Shown in pieces: positions 10,478 through 20,284 of a stretch of DNA of 64,000 nt. Positions within the stretch are counted from its first letter, which is position 1; the number at the start of each line of letters is the position of its first letter. The notes below the pieces were generated by a model. The model was not told the DNA's origin. It saw only the letters and a program-made list of their open reading frames with translations, and did not search any database. Both the position numbers and the translations under genes were made by a program. Source of the stretch: an uncultured Desulfurococcales archaeon (lineage in GTDB: Archaea > Thermoproteota > Thermoprotei_A > Sulfolobales > WANQ01); the NCBI GenBank assembly GCA_964467535.1, contig CAYXRT010000004.1:20956-84955 (forward strand), in the 5' to 3' direction.

Positions 10478-11085
10478 ATTATTACTAAGATAGTGAGAGA
10501 TATTAATCGTTCAGGCTTATTAATTGTTGATCACCTATATACCATATTATGTCCAGAGAAATTTATGAAATAGTCTCATAAAGCTTTAACTTTCGAGAAC
10601 ATTAACAGTATCTTTCGAATTTATTAGTATTGATGTTAAGTGCTAGATTTACTCTATATGTCTTCTCTAATGCTATTCCAACTTATGTTATGAAATATAC
10701 TTTATTTTATAAGTGTTCTCTCTTCAGTTCGTTTATTACTTTGTATTTAAACTTAAGTATTTCCTTACTTAAATCTTGACGTATTTAAAGGGTTCATAAT
10801 AGCTTAAGTGTAGTGTATCTACTGTTTAACTCTAATATCGTAGCTTACATGATTTTAAATTAATGGCTATTTTACGCTCAATGCCATTAAGTTTTATGGT
10901 AGTTTCACCATTAGAGAATAATTGCCACAATCCTCTGAAGCATGTTTATGGTTTCAAATGTGTGGTTAATATGTGCGATCTAAATAGCATGAAATGTGGT
11001 GAGAAGTAGGATTAATATTATAACATGTTTTTTAACTAGTTCTCTTAAAGCGAATTATATGTTTCTCTTGAGTATGTTTTAGCGA

Positions 11086-11589
11086 CTATACTAAGGTTTT
11101 TATTTTTTCTTTGGCATACTTTACTATCCATTCTATGTGGGCTATATCATCTTTTACTTCATTAATTTCATATTTTGCTTCATGAAATCCCCATACATGT
11201 AAATCATATGCTATAGCCCATGTAGATTCTATTCTAGGTTCATTAAGTATCTTCGTAAGCCTCCTAGCTGTTTTTCCGAGGAGCTGAATCCACCATCTAC
11301 CTTCTTTTAATGCCTTCTTGTATTCTGGCATTTTATATATTATTGCAAGTACCTTTAATGCTTCTTCAACAGCTTTATACATCTTCTCCGATGCTTGTAC
11401 AGGATCTCTTCTGTCTATGTATTTCTTTGCCTCATTAAGGTATTTTTCTGCTAGTTCTAAGTGGATTTCAGCTTCATCTCTAGGATTAAAGGATAATTCC
11501 CTTAACAAGAAATCTATTACCACAGATTCAATGTCTAAACCTAGTTCCTTGGCTTTATTAATCAACTTTTTAGGGATCGGTATTTGCAT
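11086..11589 (-). CDS. PaREP1-family protein (HEPN/KNTase_C-like helical domain)
   Basis: IHLELAEKYLNEAKKYIDRRDPVQASEKMYKAVEEALKVLA plus LHVWGFHEAKY follow the PaREP1 pattern known from Thermoprotei. Confidence 0.6.
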   Translation of the reverse strand: MQIPIPKKLINKAKELGLDIESVVIDFLLRELSFNPRDEAEIHLELAEKYLNEAKKYIDRRDPVQASEKMYKAVEEALKVLAIIYKMPEYKKALKEGRWWIQLLGKTARRLTKILNEPRIESTWAIAYDLHVWGFHEAKYEINEVKDDIAHIEWIVKYAKEKIKTLV

Positions 11590-11700
11590 ATTATTTCACT
11601 TTTAATGTTTGTTCTATACTTAACTATAAAGAAATGGAATAAAAATTATTTCACTTTAAACATGTTTTAATGGAAGAGAATGTAAGCTTCGTTTTAGTGC

Positions 11701-12975
11701 TTATTGTTTTCCTCTTTTTAGTTGTCTTAGTATTTCTGCTGCTCTTGCATAGCTTATTTTTCCTTCCTTTATCATTATTTGTGCTACTTTATTAACAAGA
11801 TCACCTGTTGCTCCAGCCATTATTGCTAGGTTCCTTGCATGTAATTTCATATGCCCCTTCTGTATACCTTCAGTTGCTAACGCCCTTAATGCTGCAAAGT
11901 TTTGTGCTAATCCAACAGCCGCCATAATTTCTGCAAGCTCCTTTGCAGTTTTTACACCAAGAATCTTTAATGCTATTTTTGCTATTGGGTGTGTTTTCGT
12001 TGCACCACCAACGGTTCCAACAGCAAGAGGCATTTCAAGTACTCCTACAAGATTTCCATCTTCATCTTTCTCCCAAACTGATAGTGGTCGATACCTTCCA
12101 TCTCTTGCCGCATAAGCATGGGCTCCTGCTTCTATAGCTCTATGATCTTGAGCTGTTGCTAATGCTACAGCTATTATACCATTCATAATACCTTTATTAT
12201 GAGTTGTAGCGCGATAAGGATCTGCTTCTGCAAATGCTGATGCAGCCACAATACCATCAACTACTTCCTCCCCACCAATATCTTCCTTATATACCTTAAC
12301 CCATGCCCTCACCATTCTCCTTACAGCAAGGTTTGATATAATTCTTAATAATACCTTACCTCCAGTTATCTTCTCTATGAGTGGAGCTACAGCTTCACAC
12401 ATAGTATTTACAGCATTTGCTCCCATAGCATCTCTTACATCAACAAGTAAATGTACTATTAACATAGGACCTATCCTAGTATTTATAACTCGAGCTTCAA
12501 TATCCTTAGCTCCGCCACCAAGCTTTACTAAGATAGGATCCTGCTGATTAGCTAAATCTAGTATTTCTTGCTTATGTTCTAAGACTTTCATGCGAGCATA
12601 GTATGGATTTAGAAGGTTTATTACCTGTATTTGACCGATCATTATAGGCTCGCTAGCCTTTGCTTTAATACCCCCATCTCTCCTCATAACTCTCGCAGCA
12701 TTACTGGCAGCAGCTACAACTGATGGTTCTTCAAGGACCATTGGAACTAGATACTCCTTATTATTTATAAGGAAGTTCACTGCAACGGCAAATGGATAAG
12801 TCATTCCTCCGATAACGTTTTCTATCATTATATCGGCTATCCTTTCACTTAAATTGCCGAAATTTCTTAATAGTTTAACTTCATCGTCTGTTAGATTCGC
12901 AAATTCCTTGACTATTTTTAGTCTCTCATCAATACTTAGTTTATAGAAGCCTGGAAGACGCGATGTCTTAGACAT
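11701..12975 (-). CDS. hmgA: HMG-CoA reductase, class II-type
   Basis: ENVIGGMTYPFAVAVNF, EEPSVVAAASNAA, DAMGANAVNTMCE, THNKGIMNG, GTVGGATKTHP and GHMKLHARN are collinear with Pseudomonas mevalonii-type class II enzymes. Confidence 0.9.
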   Translation of the reverse strand: MSKTSRLPGFYKLSIDERLKIVKEFANLTDDEVKLLRNFGNLSERIADIMIENVIGGMTYPFAVAVNFLINNKEYLVPMVLEEPSVVAAASNAARVMRRDGGIKAKASEPIMIGQIQVINLLNPYYARMKVLEHKQEILDLANQQDPILVKLGGGAKDIEARVINTRIGPMLIVHLLVDVRDAMGANAVNTMCEAVAPLIEKITGGKVLLRIISNLAVRRMVRAWVKVYKEDIGGEEVVDGIVAASAFAEADPYRATTHNKGIMNGIIAVALATAQDHRAIEAGAHAYAARDGRYRPLSVWEKDEDGNLVGVLEMPLAVGTVGGATKTHPIAKIALKILGVKTAKELAEIMAAVGLAQNFAALRALATEGIQKGHMKLHARNLAIMAGATGDLVNKVAQIMIKEGKISYARAAEILRQLKRGKQ

Positions 12976-13063
12976 TGTGTTCTCCTCACAAAATATTTAT
13001 CAATAGCAGAAGTATATTTATTTACACATAAACGATTGACCAGTTAATTCATACTAAAATTTG

Positions 13064-13282
13064 TTAGTTTGAATAGTTATGATGCGTTGCGTTATTAATT
13101 AACTTGTTCATTATTTTTGCTTCTAGTATTGCCTTAACCTTTTCACTATTTAAATAATTCTTTATTGCTTCCCTTATGAGATCAGATCTTGATACTCCTA
13201 GAGCTTCTGCTATTTGCTGAAGCTTATCTATTATATCTTCTTCTAGTTTTATTGATATAGTTCTAAGCTTCTTATATGACAT
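13064..13282 (-). CDS. Ribbon-helix-helix (CopG-family) transcriptional regulator
   Basis: N-terminal beta-strand region ISIKLEEDIIDKL followed by SRSDLIREAIKNYL, typical of RHH. Divergent from the NifX-like cluster. Confidence 0.75.
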   Translation of the reverse strand: MSYKKLRTISIKLEEDIIDKLQQIAEALGVSRSDLIREAIKNYLNSEKVKAILEAKIMNKLINNATHHNYSN

Positions 13283-13457
13283 TATCTTACCCTATGGTAG
13301 AATCACTTCCTCTAAATGGTATGGTGTAGTTGATAACTATTATGTGGTTAATTCTGGTAGTATTAAAGTTTATACTTTAAACGTTTCATGACAAGTCATC
13401 ACTTCTTTGAGGGAAAGAGTTATATACTTTGTGTGCTATTGCGCGAATTGTGATAAT

Positions 13458-13934
13458 ATGAGTTATGAATGGTATGGTTATGGTAAGGGATGGGGGAGAG
13501 GTAGAGGAGGACCTCCTGAATGGGCCGGTAGAGGTATGGGGTGGGGCGGAAGAATTCCCGCTCTTAATTTTAAACCTATTAATCCGCCGCCTCCTGGAGC
13601 TTTGAGGGTTGCTTGTGGAGTACTAGAGAATAGAGGTATTGATTCTATGATCTCTCCAAGATTTGCTCGTGCACCATTCATGTCCTTTACTGATATTACT
13701 AGTGGAAGAATAATATCTTGTATTATTGAACCTAATCCTGCTGCAGAAGCTTCACATGGTGCTGGTATTGCAGTAGCTCAGTGGCTTATATCAAGTGGTG
13801 TAAGGGCTGTTCTTGCCGCTAGGCTTGGACCTAATATTTCAAGTGTACTTCAAAGTGCTGGTGTTCATATATACTACGTTAATCCCGGATTAAGGCTCAT
13901 AGATGCTCTAAGGTATGTTGGTCTTGTTAGATGA
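13458..13934 (+). CDS. NifX/NifB-C-terminal-like (dinitrogenase FeMo-cofactor-binding fold) protein with an RG/WG-rich N-terminus
   Basis: SPRFARAPFMSF...HGAGIAVAQWLISSGVRAVLAARLGPN...GVHIYYV matches the NifX-like domain. The N-terminus is YGYGKGWGRGRGGPPEWAGRGMGWGG. I prefer the ATG at 13458 over the track start at 13407. Confidence 0.7.
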   Translation: MSYEWYGYGKGWGRGRGGPPEWAGRGMGWGGRIPALNFKPINPPPPGALRVACGVLENRGIDSMISPRFARAPFMSFTDITSGRIISCIIEPNPAAEASHGAGIAVAQWLISSGVRAVLAARLGPNISSVLQSAGVHIYYVNPGLRLIDALRYVGLVR

Positions 13935-13940
13935 TGTATC

Positions 13941-14825
13941 TTGGAGATAGTGATTGCTAGTGGTAAGGGCGGTACGGGAAAGACATTCATAGCCTCAAAT
14001 TTAGCCTACTACTTGAATGCAAATGTAAATGTAACGGTAGCTGCAGATGCCGATGTTGAAGCACCTGACCTTATTTTAGCTTTAGGCGGTGAAGAAAGAG
14101 TACATGAGGTAGTTAAGGTTGGTGGTGCTAGAAAGACACGTATTATGCTAGATAAATGTATTAAGTGCTTTAAATGTAAAGATAGTTGTAGATTTAATGC
14201 AGTAACCATCGTTAATGATAAGCCTTTTATAAATGAAGAGCTTTGTGAAGGATGTCTTCTATGTAAACTTCTATGTCCAGCTAATGCTATAGAGGTTTAT
14301 GATAAAGATATTGGGAAAATATATGTAGTTAAACCTAGATATACGAGTTTACCTGTTGTTTATGGTGATTTAGAGCTTGGTGAAAGAGCTAGCGGCAAAT
14401 TAGTTTATGAAGTTAAAGAAAAAGCTAAGGAGGTTATGGTAAAGACTAAAGCTAAATATTTGATTGTTGACTCAGCGGCTGGTATAGGCTGTCCTGTTAT
14501 ATCAAGTATAACTGGAAGTGATATAACGCTGATAATAGTTGAACCTTCAATTGCCTCTATTAGTGGCGCTAAAAGAGTACTTAAAATAGCCAGAGAATTA
14601 AGGTCCAAACCTTTCGTAATTGTTAATAAATATGATCTTAACTATGATCTTACTAAGAAAATTAATAATGAACTTGATACTGAGATTATAGGTTATATAC
14701 CATATGATGTAAGCATAGTTGAGGCATATACATCGATGAAACCATACTTAATTTATGAAGGTAAAGGTAAAGCTTATGGTGCATTAATTAAACTTTTAGA
14801 AGACCTAATTTCAGTAGTGATATAA
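13941..14825 (+). CDS. MinD/ParA-family P-loop ATPase with inserted 2x[4Fe-4S] ferredoxin domain
   Basis: Deviant Walker A GKGGTGKT. CIKCFKCKDSC and CEGCLLCKLLCP cluster motifs. TTG start. Confidence 0.8.
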   Translation: MEIVIASGKGGTGKTFIASNLAYYLNANVNVTVAADADVEAPDLILALGGEERVHEVVKVGGARKTRIMLDKCIKCFKCKDSCRFNAVTIVNDKPFINEELCEGCLLCKLLCPANAIEVYDKDIGKIYVVKPRYTSLPVVYGDLELGERASGKLVYEVKEKAKEVMVKTKAKYLIVDSAAGIGCPVISSITGSDITLIIVEPSIASISGAKRVLKIARELRSKPFVIVNKYDLNYDLTKKINNELDTEIIGYIPYDVSIVEAYTSMKPYLIYEGKGKAYGALIKLLEDLISVVI

Positions 14826-15703
14826 TGAAAATTATTGGTGTTCTTGGAGGAAAAGGTGGTACAGGTAAAACATTCGTATCTGTAAACTTAGCATTACTTT
14901 CTTCGAATAGGGGATATAGGGTTCTCCTAGTTGATGCAGATGTTGATAATCCTTCTACAAAATACTACTTAAGATTCAATATAGAGAAAATTGAAGAAGC
15001 TACAATGTTTAAGCCTTTGATAGACAAGAATAAGTGTAAGCTATGTCTTACATGTATAAGCTCATGTCCGGAACACGCATTAATATATATACCTTCCAAA
15101 GGTATTAGGTTATTTGAGGAAATATGTAATGGCTGTTCATTATGTATGTATATTTGTCCTGAGAAAGCTATATCTGAAGGAGCAAAAGTTTATGGATATA
15201 TAACCTATGCTAGGACTAATGAAAATCTAGGCATCCTTATTGGTGAAATTAAACCTAGTGAAAGATTTACTATTAATTTAATAGTTAGAGTACTTGATAC
15301 TACTCTCAAGATGTGTAAAGCATACGATTTGATAATAATTGATTCTCCTCCAGGAATTAATGCTGGTATTTATGAGATTATTAAGACTTCGAATATTCTA
15401 TTAGCTGTTACTGAACCTACAAGATTAGGACTTAGTGATCTAAAGAAGCTAGTTAATTTAATTCTAAAATACAATAAGAGACCTCTAGTAATACTTAATA
15501 AAGCTAATGTAAGGGGAGGCATTAATGAGGAAGTAAAGGATTATGTAAAGAGTTTAGGATTAGATTTTATAGAAATACCATATAGTACTAAGATAGCATT
15601 AAAAATAATGAAAGGTGAAACTATAATTGGCAGTAGAGGCTTTGAACTCGTGGAAAAAATATTTGATAAAATACTTGACTTCATTATCAGTGCTAGAAGT
15701 TGA
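14825..15703 (+). CDS. MinD/ParA-family P-loop ATPase with inserted 2x[4Fe-4S] ferredoxin domain (paralog)
   Basis: GGKGGTGKT. CKLCLTCISSCP and CNGCSLCMYICP. 1-nt TAATG overlap with the upstream paralog. Confidence 0.8.
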   Translation: MKIIGVLGGKGGTGKTFVSVNLALLSSNRGYRVLLVDADVDNPSTKYYLRFNIEKIEEATMFKPLIDKNKCKLCLTCISSCPEHALIYIPSKGIRLFEEICNGCSLCMYICPEKAISEGAKVYGYITYARTNENLGILIGEIKPSERFTINLIVRVLDTTLKMCKAYDLIIIDSPPGINAGIYEIIKTSNILLAVTEPTRLGLSDLKKLVNLILKYNKRPLVILNKANVRGGINEEVKDYVKSLGLDFIEIPYSTKIALKIMKGETIIGSRGFELVEKIFDKILDFIISARS

Positions 15704-15705
15704 GC

Positions 15706-16869
15706 TTAATATTCTATGGCATTTAATTGTTTTAGCCAATTAATTAAGTTATTGAATGCTAGTATTCTCGATATGGATTTTGAGCCTGGAGGTCCAGGTT
15801 TCTTCATGTAGAATGCATTTATTTCGTAGACTGTGCCTGTAAATCCATTATCTAATGCTATTTTACCTAATCTCGCTAAATCTACAAGAAGACCAGCTAA
15901 GGCTGGGCTGTCGTTTATTCTTGCTGATATGAATATTTCATCGGACATATTATTGAAGGTATAATATTCTATATGCATTGCCACATACTTTTTATCTCCT
16001 ATCGGCTCGAGATAGCCTGTTGGTTTTATGAAGTGTGGTGCTTCATACCCTAGTATGTCCCTTACTATGGTGCTCTTTGTTTCTTCCTTCATTAAATTCC
16101 TCTCTGGTACGGTTAAGGCTAAGAAGTCAGTATTTCCTCCTATATTGAACTGTACTATGTATTTAACTTTCCTATTTCTTTCAGCTAGATGCTCTAGTAA
16201 ATCTGCTGTTAGTGGTGTAGCGCCTGTAGCTCCATCATCGCCTAAGACTAAGCCGTGGCATTCTTTAAATAGCTCTATTACTGCTTTATCATTTGCTAAG
16301 GGCGTTGGTATTACATTAATGAATGCTACAGGTTTTACCTCTTTTGAATACATTGCTGCTGCATAAGCATATGCATGAGATGCTGTTAATAATGATTTAT
16401 CATTAGCTTCTATGGCTTCATGTAGAGCATTTGTATCTTCGAATGCTCTACCATATTCTGTAGTTATTACATTTACTATGATGTCCGGTTTAAGTGTTTT
16501 CCATTCATCTACTAACATCTCAATTGCTTCTTTTACTGAAACTTCGTCTTCAATTCCTTTAGCTGAAAAAGGTAATCCTATTAGACTACCTAAATGTATT
16601 CCTCTTCTAACAACAATGTCCTTAAGTGTTGTGGGTATGGTTAGTTGGTCTCCAATGAGCTTTAATGCTACCTCATATACTGTTTTATTAACCTTAGATT
16701 TATCAACATCATATACTCCTACTATATTTACATCTTCAATTCTATAGGGTAGTTTGAATCTAGCTAATGGAACACCATAGGGTTTTACTTCATTTCTTCT
16801 TATTTTCTCAAGGCCTACTACATAGTGGGATGCAACCATACCCATACCTAATACAATTACACGTATCAT
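15706..16869 (-). CDS. myo-Inositol-1-phosphate synthase (short prokaryotic type)
   Basis: N-terminal Rossmann VIVLGMGMVASHYVVG. GDDGATGATP...FNIGGNTDFLAL...ERNLMKEETKS parallels the LNVGGNMDFLNML..ER..SK.SKT region of prokaryotic Ino1. Confidence 0.75.
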   Translation of the reverse strand: MIRVIVLGMGMVASHYVVGLEKIRRNEVKPYGVPLARFKLPYRIEDVNIVGVYDVDKSKVNKTVYEVALKLIGDQLTIPTTLKDIVVRRGIHLGSLIGLPFSAKGIEDEVSVKEAIEMLVDEWKTLKPDIIVNVITTEYGRAFEDTNALHEAIEANDKSLLTASHAYAYAAAMYSKEVKPVAFINVIPTPLANDKAVIELFKECHGLVLGDDGATGATPLTADLLEHLAERNRKVKYIVQFNIGGNTDFLALTVPERNLMKEETKSTIVRDILGYEAPHFIKPTGYLEPIGDKKYVAMHIEYYTFNNMSDEIFISARINDSPALAGLLVDLARLGKIALDNGFTGTVYEINAFYMKKPGPPGSKSISRILAFNNLINWLKQLNAIEY

Positions 16870-17039
16870 GGTCTATACCTCATAATAGCGGAATTTATAT
16901 GGTATTTTATGATATAGTCTTGAAGTTTTGGGTGTATGGTTAGATATGCATATAGGACTTGGAGTATATTTACATATTTATGATATGTTTAGTATATGTG
17001 AAACTATTTCAGTCCACATAAGGGACTAATTTAACTAAA

Positions 17040-18140
17040 TTAGCTTTTCTCTTTTAAACTTTTTCTTCTAATCTCAACATCTAGAGGATATCTTAGTATT
17101 GCAGCTATTTCTCCAAGATTTTTAAGTCTTATCTTTGTGTCATGGACAGTGCTGAATATCTTTATTTCAGCTCCTTGTGCTTCAGCTCTTTTTAATAATT
17201 CTTCTACTCTTCTACGTATATGTTCATCTGGGTGCCTTAACATGTCATTTGTTATCATTAACTTCTTCACTGCATTAGCATTTAATGCAAGCTCTACATC
17301 CTCCAGACCATAAGCTACATATCTTGGATCTTTAGCTATATAATACATAAATTCTTCAAGCAGAGTTTCTTCAACTACCAGGTCATGGTCTCTTAGAACT
17401 TCAATTAACTTGCCTCTCTTTAATACTTCATGAATACCCTTAACACCACCCCAAGATGTGTGTTCCATAATTATCTTTATATTAACCAATCTGGAATCTT
17501 GCTTTAACGTATTATATAGATATTCCTTCATGTAGCCAGGACCTGCTACAATAACTACCTTTAATTTATATCTTGAAGTAATGCCAACTATCTGGTTACA
17601 TATTTTCTTCAATGTTGTTTCAATAGCTTTGCTTCTCGATTCTATATCAAGTTTTCCAGGTAATCTAATATACTCTTCAACAATTACTTGAATCCCATAA
17701 CCCTTTACCAATCCGATACCGTATTCTTCGTCATCGAGCGACACTATTAGCACTGGAATCGATATTTTCCTACAGGCTTCCTCTAATCTTTCTAGATCTG
17801 CGCCCTCCCATCCATCCTCTCTAATAATTGTTATCGTTGACCCTATATCTATTCCGAGAGTGTGTCTCTGTCCTTCAAGATCTAATTCCTTTGGACCATA
17901 GACTATTATTCCGTGGATTCTAAGTCTGGTTGTAAATGGTTGAAAATCACACCATTCAACTCTTATGCCTAGAACCATTCCCTTTCTCTTACTACCACTT
18001 CTAGTCTTAAGCTCTCTACTAGTTCTTGCATAAACTATATCTCCTTTTTTGACTACATTGTAGAGTACCCACAAGTCCTCTTCACTTTCCACCTTTATCT
18101 TCAAGGTCTTCAGTTTTTCATCTCTTGCAAGTATTTTCAT
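17040..18140 (-). CDS. pelA: Pelota (Dom34) ribosome-rescue factor
   Basis: N-terminus MKIL...LKIKVESEEDLWVLYNVVKKGDIVYA is typical of archaeal Pelota. Size 366 aa. eRF1-like C-terminal domains. Confidence 0.9.
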   Translation of the reverse strand: MKILARDEKLKTLKIKVESEEDLWVLYNVVKKGDIVYARTSRELKTRSGSKRKGMVLGIRVEWCDFQPFTTRLRIHGIIVYGPKELDLEGQRHTLGIDIGSTITIIREDGWEGADLERLEEACRKISIPVLIVSLDDEEYGIGLVKGYGIQVIVEEYIRLPGKLDIESRSKAIETTLKKICNQIVGITSRYKLKVVIVAGPGYMKEYLYNTLKQDSRLVNIKIIMEHTSWGGVKGIHEVLKRGKLIEVLRDHDLVVEETLLEEFMYYIAKDPRYVAYGLEDVELALNANAVKKLMITNDMLRHPDEHIRRRVEELLKRAEAQGAEIKIFSTVHDTKIRLKNLGEIAAILRYPLDVEIRRKSLKEKS

Positions 18141-18418
18141 TCCCTACTCCTCTACACATGTTCTTGTGAATGGTATAGAAACCACAACCTTTTATATTAT
18201 AACATTTCGCTTATTCTTATTTAATCTTTAGCTATTATTATTGCATATACTTTCTTTCGTAGAGCTTCTTTATTTTTCTCTAACAGAAGAAATGAAGGTA
18301 TTATAGTTTACTACAAAACTCGAACCCCCCTATTCTTTTATTGGTAGGCAATTTACAGTATGTTTATAAGTACTGTGCTCTAGTGTCTAGAATGAATCAT
18401 AGGCATAGTGAATAGGAC

Positions 18419-19420
18419 ATGAAGGCTCTAAACAAAGATATGGTGAAAAGAATATACGTAGATATACTCCATGGTAATTTAAGAGGATTATCTAAAGATT
18501 TAGCCAAGTATCTTAAGGAAGATCGTCTATCACCTGGTCTAAGAGAACTACTGGCCGAAGCTGCTTGTAAAGTGCTTAGTGAAGAACTTAAGAAGTATAA
18601 GAGCCTCGAAGAAACGGTTAAGAAGGTTGCTGAGTTCATCGACCATGAGTGGTTCAAGTTTTTAAAAAGTGTAGAACCTTTAGTTAATTCTCTAAAACCA
18701 TATTACATACCTCCATTACTAATTGAGTTAAGAGGTTTAAAATTACTATTAACCAATAACATATTATTTCCTGAAGAAATAGGCTGTTGGATCGTTCAAC
18801 GGGGTAAGTATGTTTTCGTAACCTTTTGGTTCAAGTTCCCCTACGATCTATACCCAGGAGATGGTGAAGAATATGAACCATGGACAGCAATTTTAGAAGA
18901 TAATAAGGTTATTGAATATCAAGCTAGAAGCCACTGGAGACTTGTTCATATAAATCCTAAAATAGTCTTACACTTAGATGGAAGACCTGTAATAGCCTTT
19001 GCCGATTTTGCACATACTCCAGTTCCCGTACTAGATCTCAATGCCTTATCAAAAATATTCAATGCTTCTCCTGATAAGATATTACAAAATATAAACAAAT
19101 ACTGTACTAGACTCATAGGATTCACAGGCGAAGATAAACCTATCTTAATTGAGAAAATAGCTGGTAGGGAAATGGGGGATCTATTGCCATTAAGAACATA
19201 TATTGAAGGGATCGCTAATGCTCAGTTAAAGTACTACATTGCTGGAAACATACCTTTAGTATCTAATTATAGCGTATTAGTACATGTAGGTCCAAGTAGA
19301 TGTAATCCTCCGCCCCATAATCCATTAAAAGGAAAATGGTATGATAGACCCATATTTGTTGGTACCAAATCGGAGAAAACAAGCATTATATCTCGATATA
19401 AACCGCTTTCGCCAAAATGA
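18419..19420 (+). CDS. Hypothetical protein
   Basis: 333-aa ORF with normal composition, divergent from pelA. No motif recognised. Confidence 0.5.
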   Translation: MKALNKDMVKRIYVDILHGNLRGLSKDLAKYLKEDRLSPGLRELLAEAACKVLSEELKKYKSLEETVKKVAEFIDHEWFKFLKSVEPLVNSLKPYYIPPLLIELRGLKLLLTNNILFPEEIGCWIVQRGKYVFVTFWFKFPYDLYPGDGEEYEPWTAILEDNKVIEYQARSHWRLVHINPKIVLHLDGRPVIAFADFAHTPVPVLDLNALSKIFNASPDKILQNINKYCTRLIGFTGEDKPILIEKIAGREMGDLLPLRTYIEGIANAQLKYYIAGNIPLVSNYSVLVHVGPSRCNPPPHNPLKGKWYDRPIFVGTKSEKTSIISRYKPLSPK

Positions 19421-20284
19421 TGAAATGTTTAGCATTAATCCATTTTAATCCTTTGAGTCCTACTAAATGGACGTTAGGGTAGAATGGTTTAAGCCTTTAT
19501 CTTCATATTACTCCCTTTACTTTTAATATATGTAGTATTCTTGGAGCTTGATAAGTGCAGGCATTAATTTATGCCAGGTTAAATGATCTTCTAGCAGGTT
19601 CTACTTTCCTTTATCATGAGATCATTTTTTAGCTGCATCCTTTCGTTTCTTTCCTTAGCAGGAGGTATTTCTAAGAAGAATATTTAAAAACAACTCCTAT
19701 TCTCTTCGTAGGCGTTGGTAACTTTTTAAGTAATTTATGTTCTTAGATTTGACTATAGTGCCTGTCTTGTATCTTTTCTTTATTTATCACTAATGCTTAT
19801 TCCATCAACGCCGAGCGAGACATATTACAAGATCATAGATATCGAGTTTATACTTCGATAGCGTGGTCATAACATGGGCTTTGTCCTATTCTCTGTAAAT
19901 GCAATTTTTAATGTTGCAGCTTTTATTCCTCTGCTAAACGCACTCTTCGTTGAGTGAATCCCGGGCAAGTATACTTTTTCCGAGAAGTTAACTAGAAAGA
20001 GAGCATTAAAGTTTAGGCATTAATCTATTACACTCATATTCCAAACTCGTTATTTCATAAAATTATTGAAGGGATCCACCTGACGGAACCCTCCTTCATC
20101 CCTATCCGTGACTCCGGGGTAAGGTTAGGAGGGTGAGGGCCTTTCATTATATTATAATTCATGGTAGTAATAAGCTTTAACTTCAATTATATATTGAGTA
20201 TAGAGCTTTGAGTTAATTCTCTGTTCAGGAGTTTATGTTAAATTTTAACTTATCTATCAAATTACTTATTAGAGGTGGCACTGT

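Noticed and set aside
13407-13457. Upstream TTG-initiated extension of the NifX-like ORF (MRERVIYFVCYCANCDN)
   Set aside because: An ATG at 13458 starts directly at the Gly/Arg/Trp-rich segment, and the extension has no supporting feature. It is kept as an alternative start only.
20071-20142. Possible tRNA in the GC-rich element
   Set aside because: On the minus strand an acceptor-like pairing (GGCCCTC with GAGGGTT) spans only ~56 nt. No D-arm or T-loop (GTTCRAATC) consensus is present on either strand.
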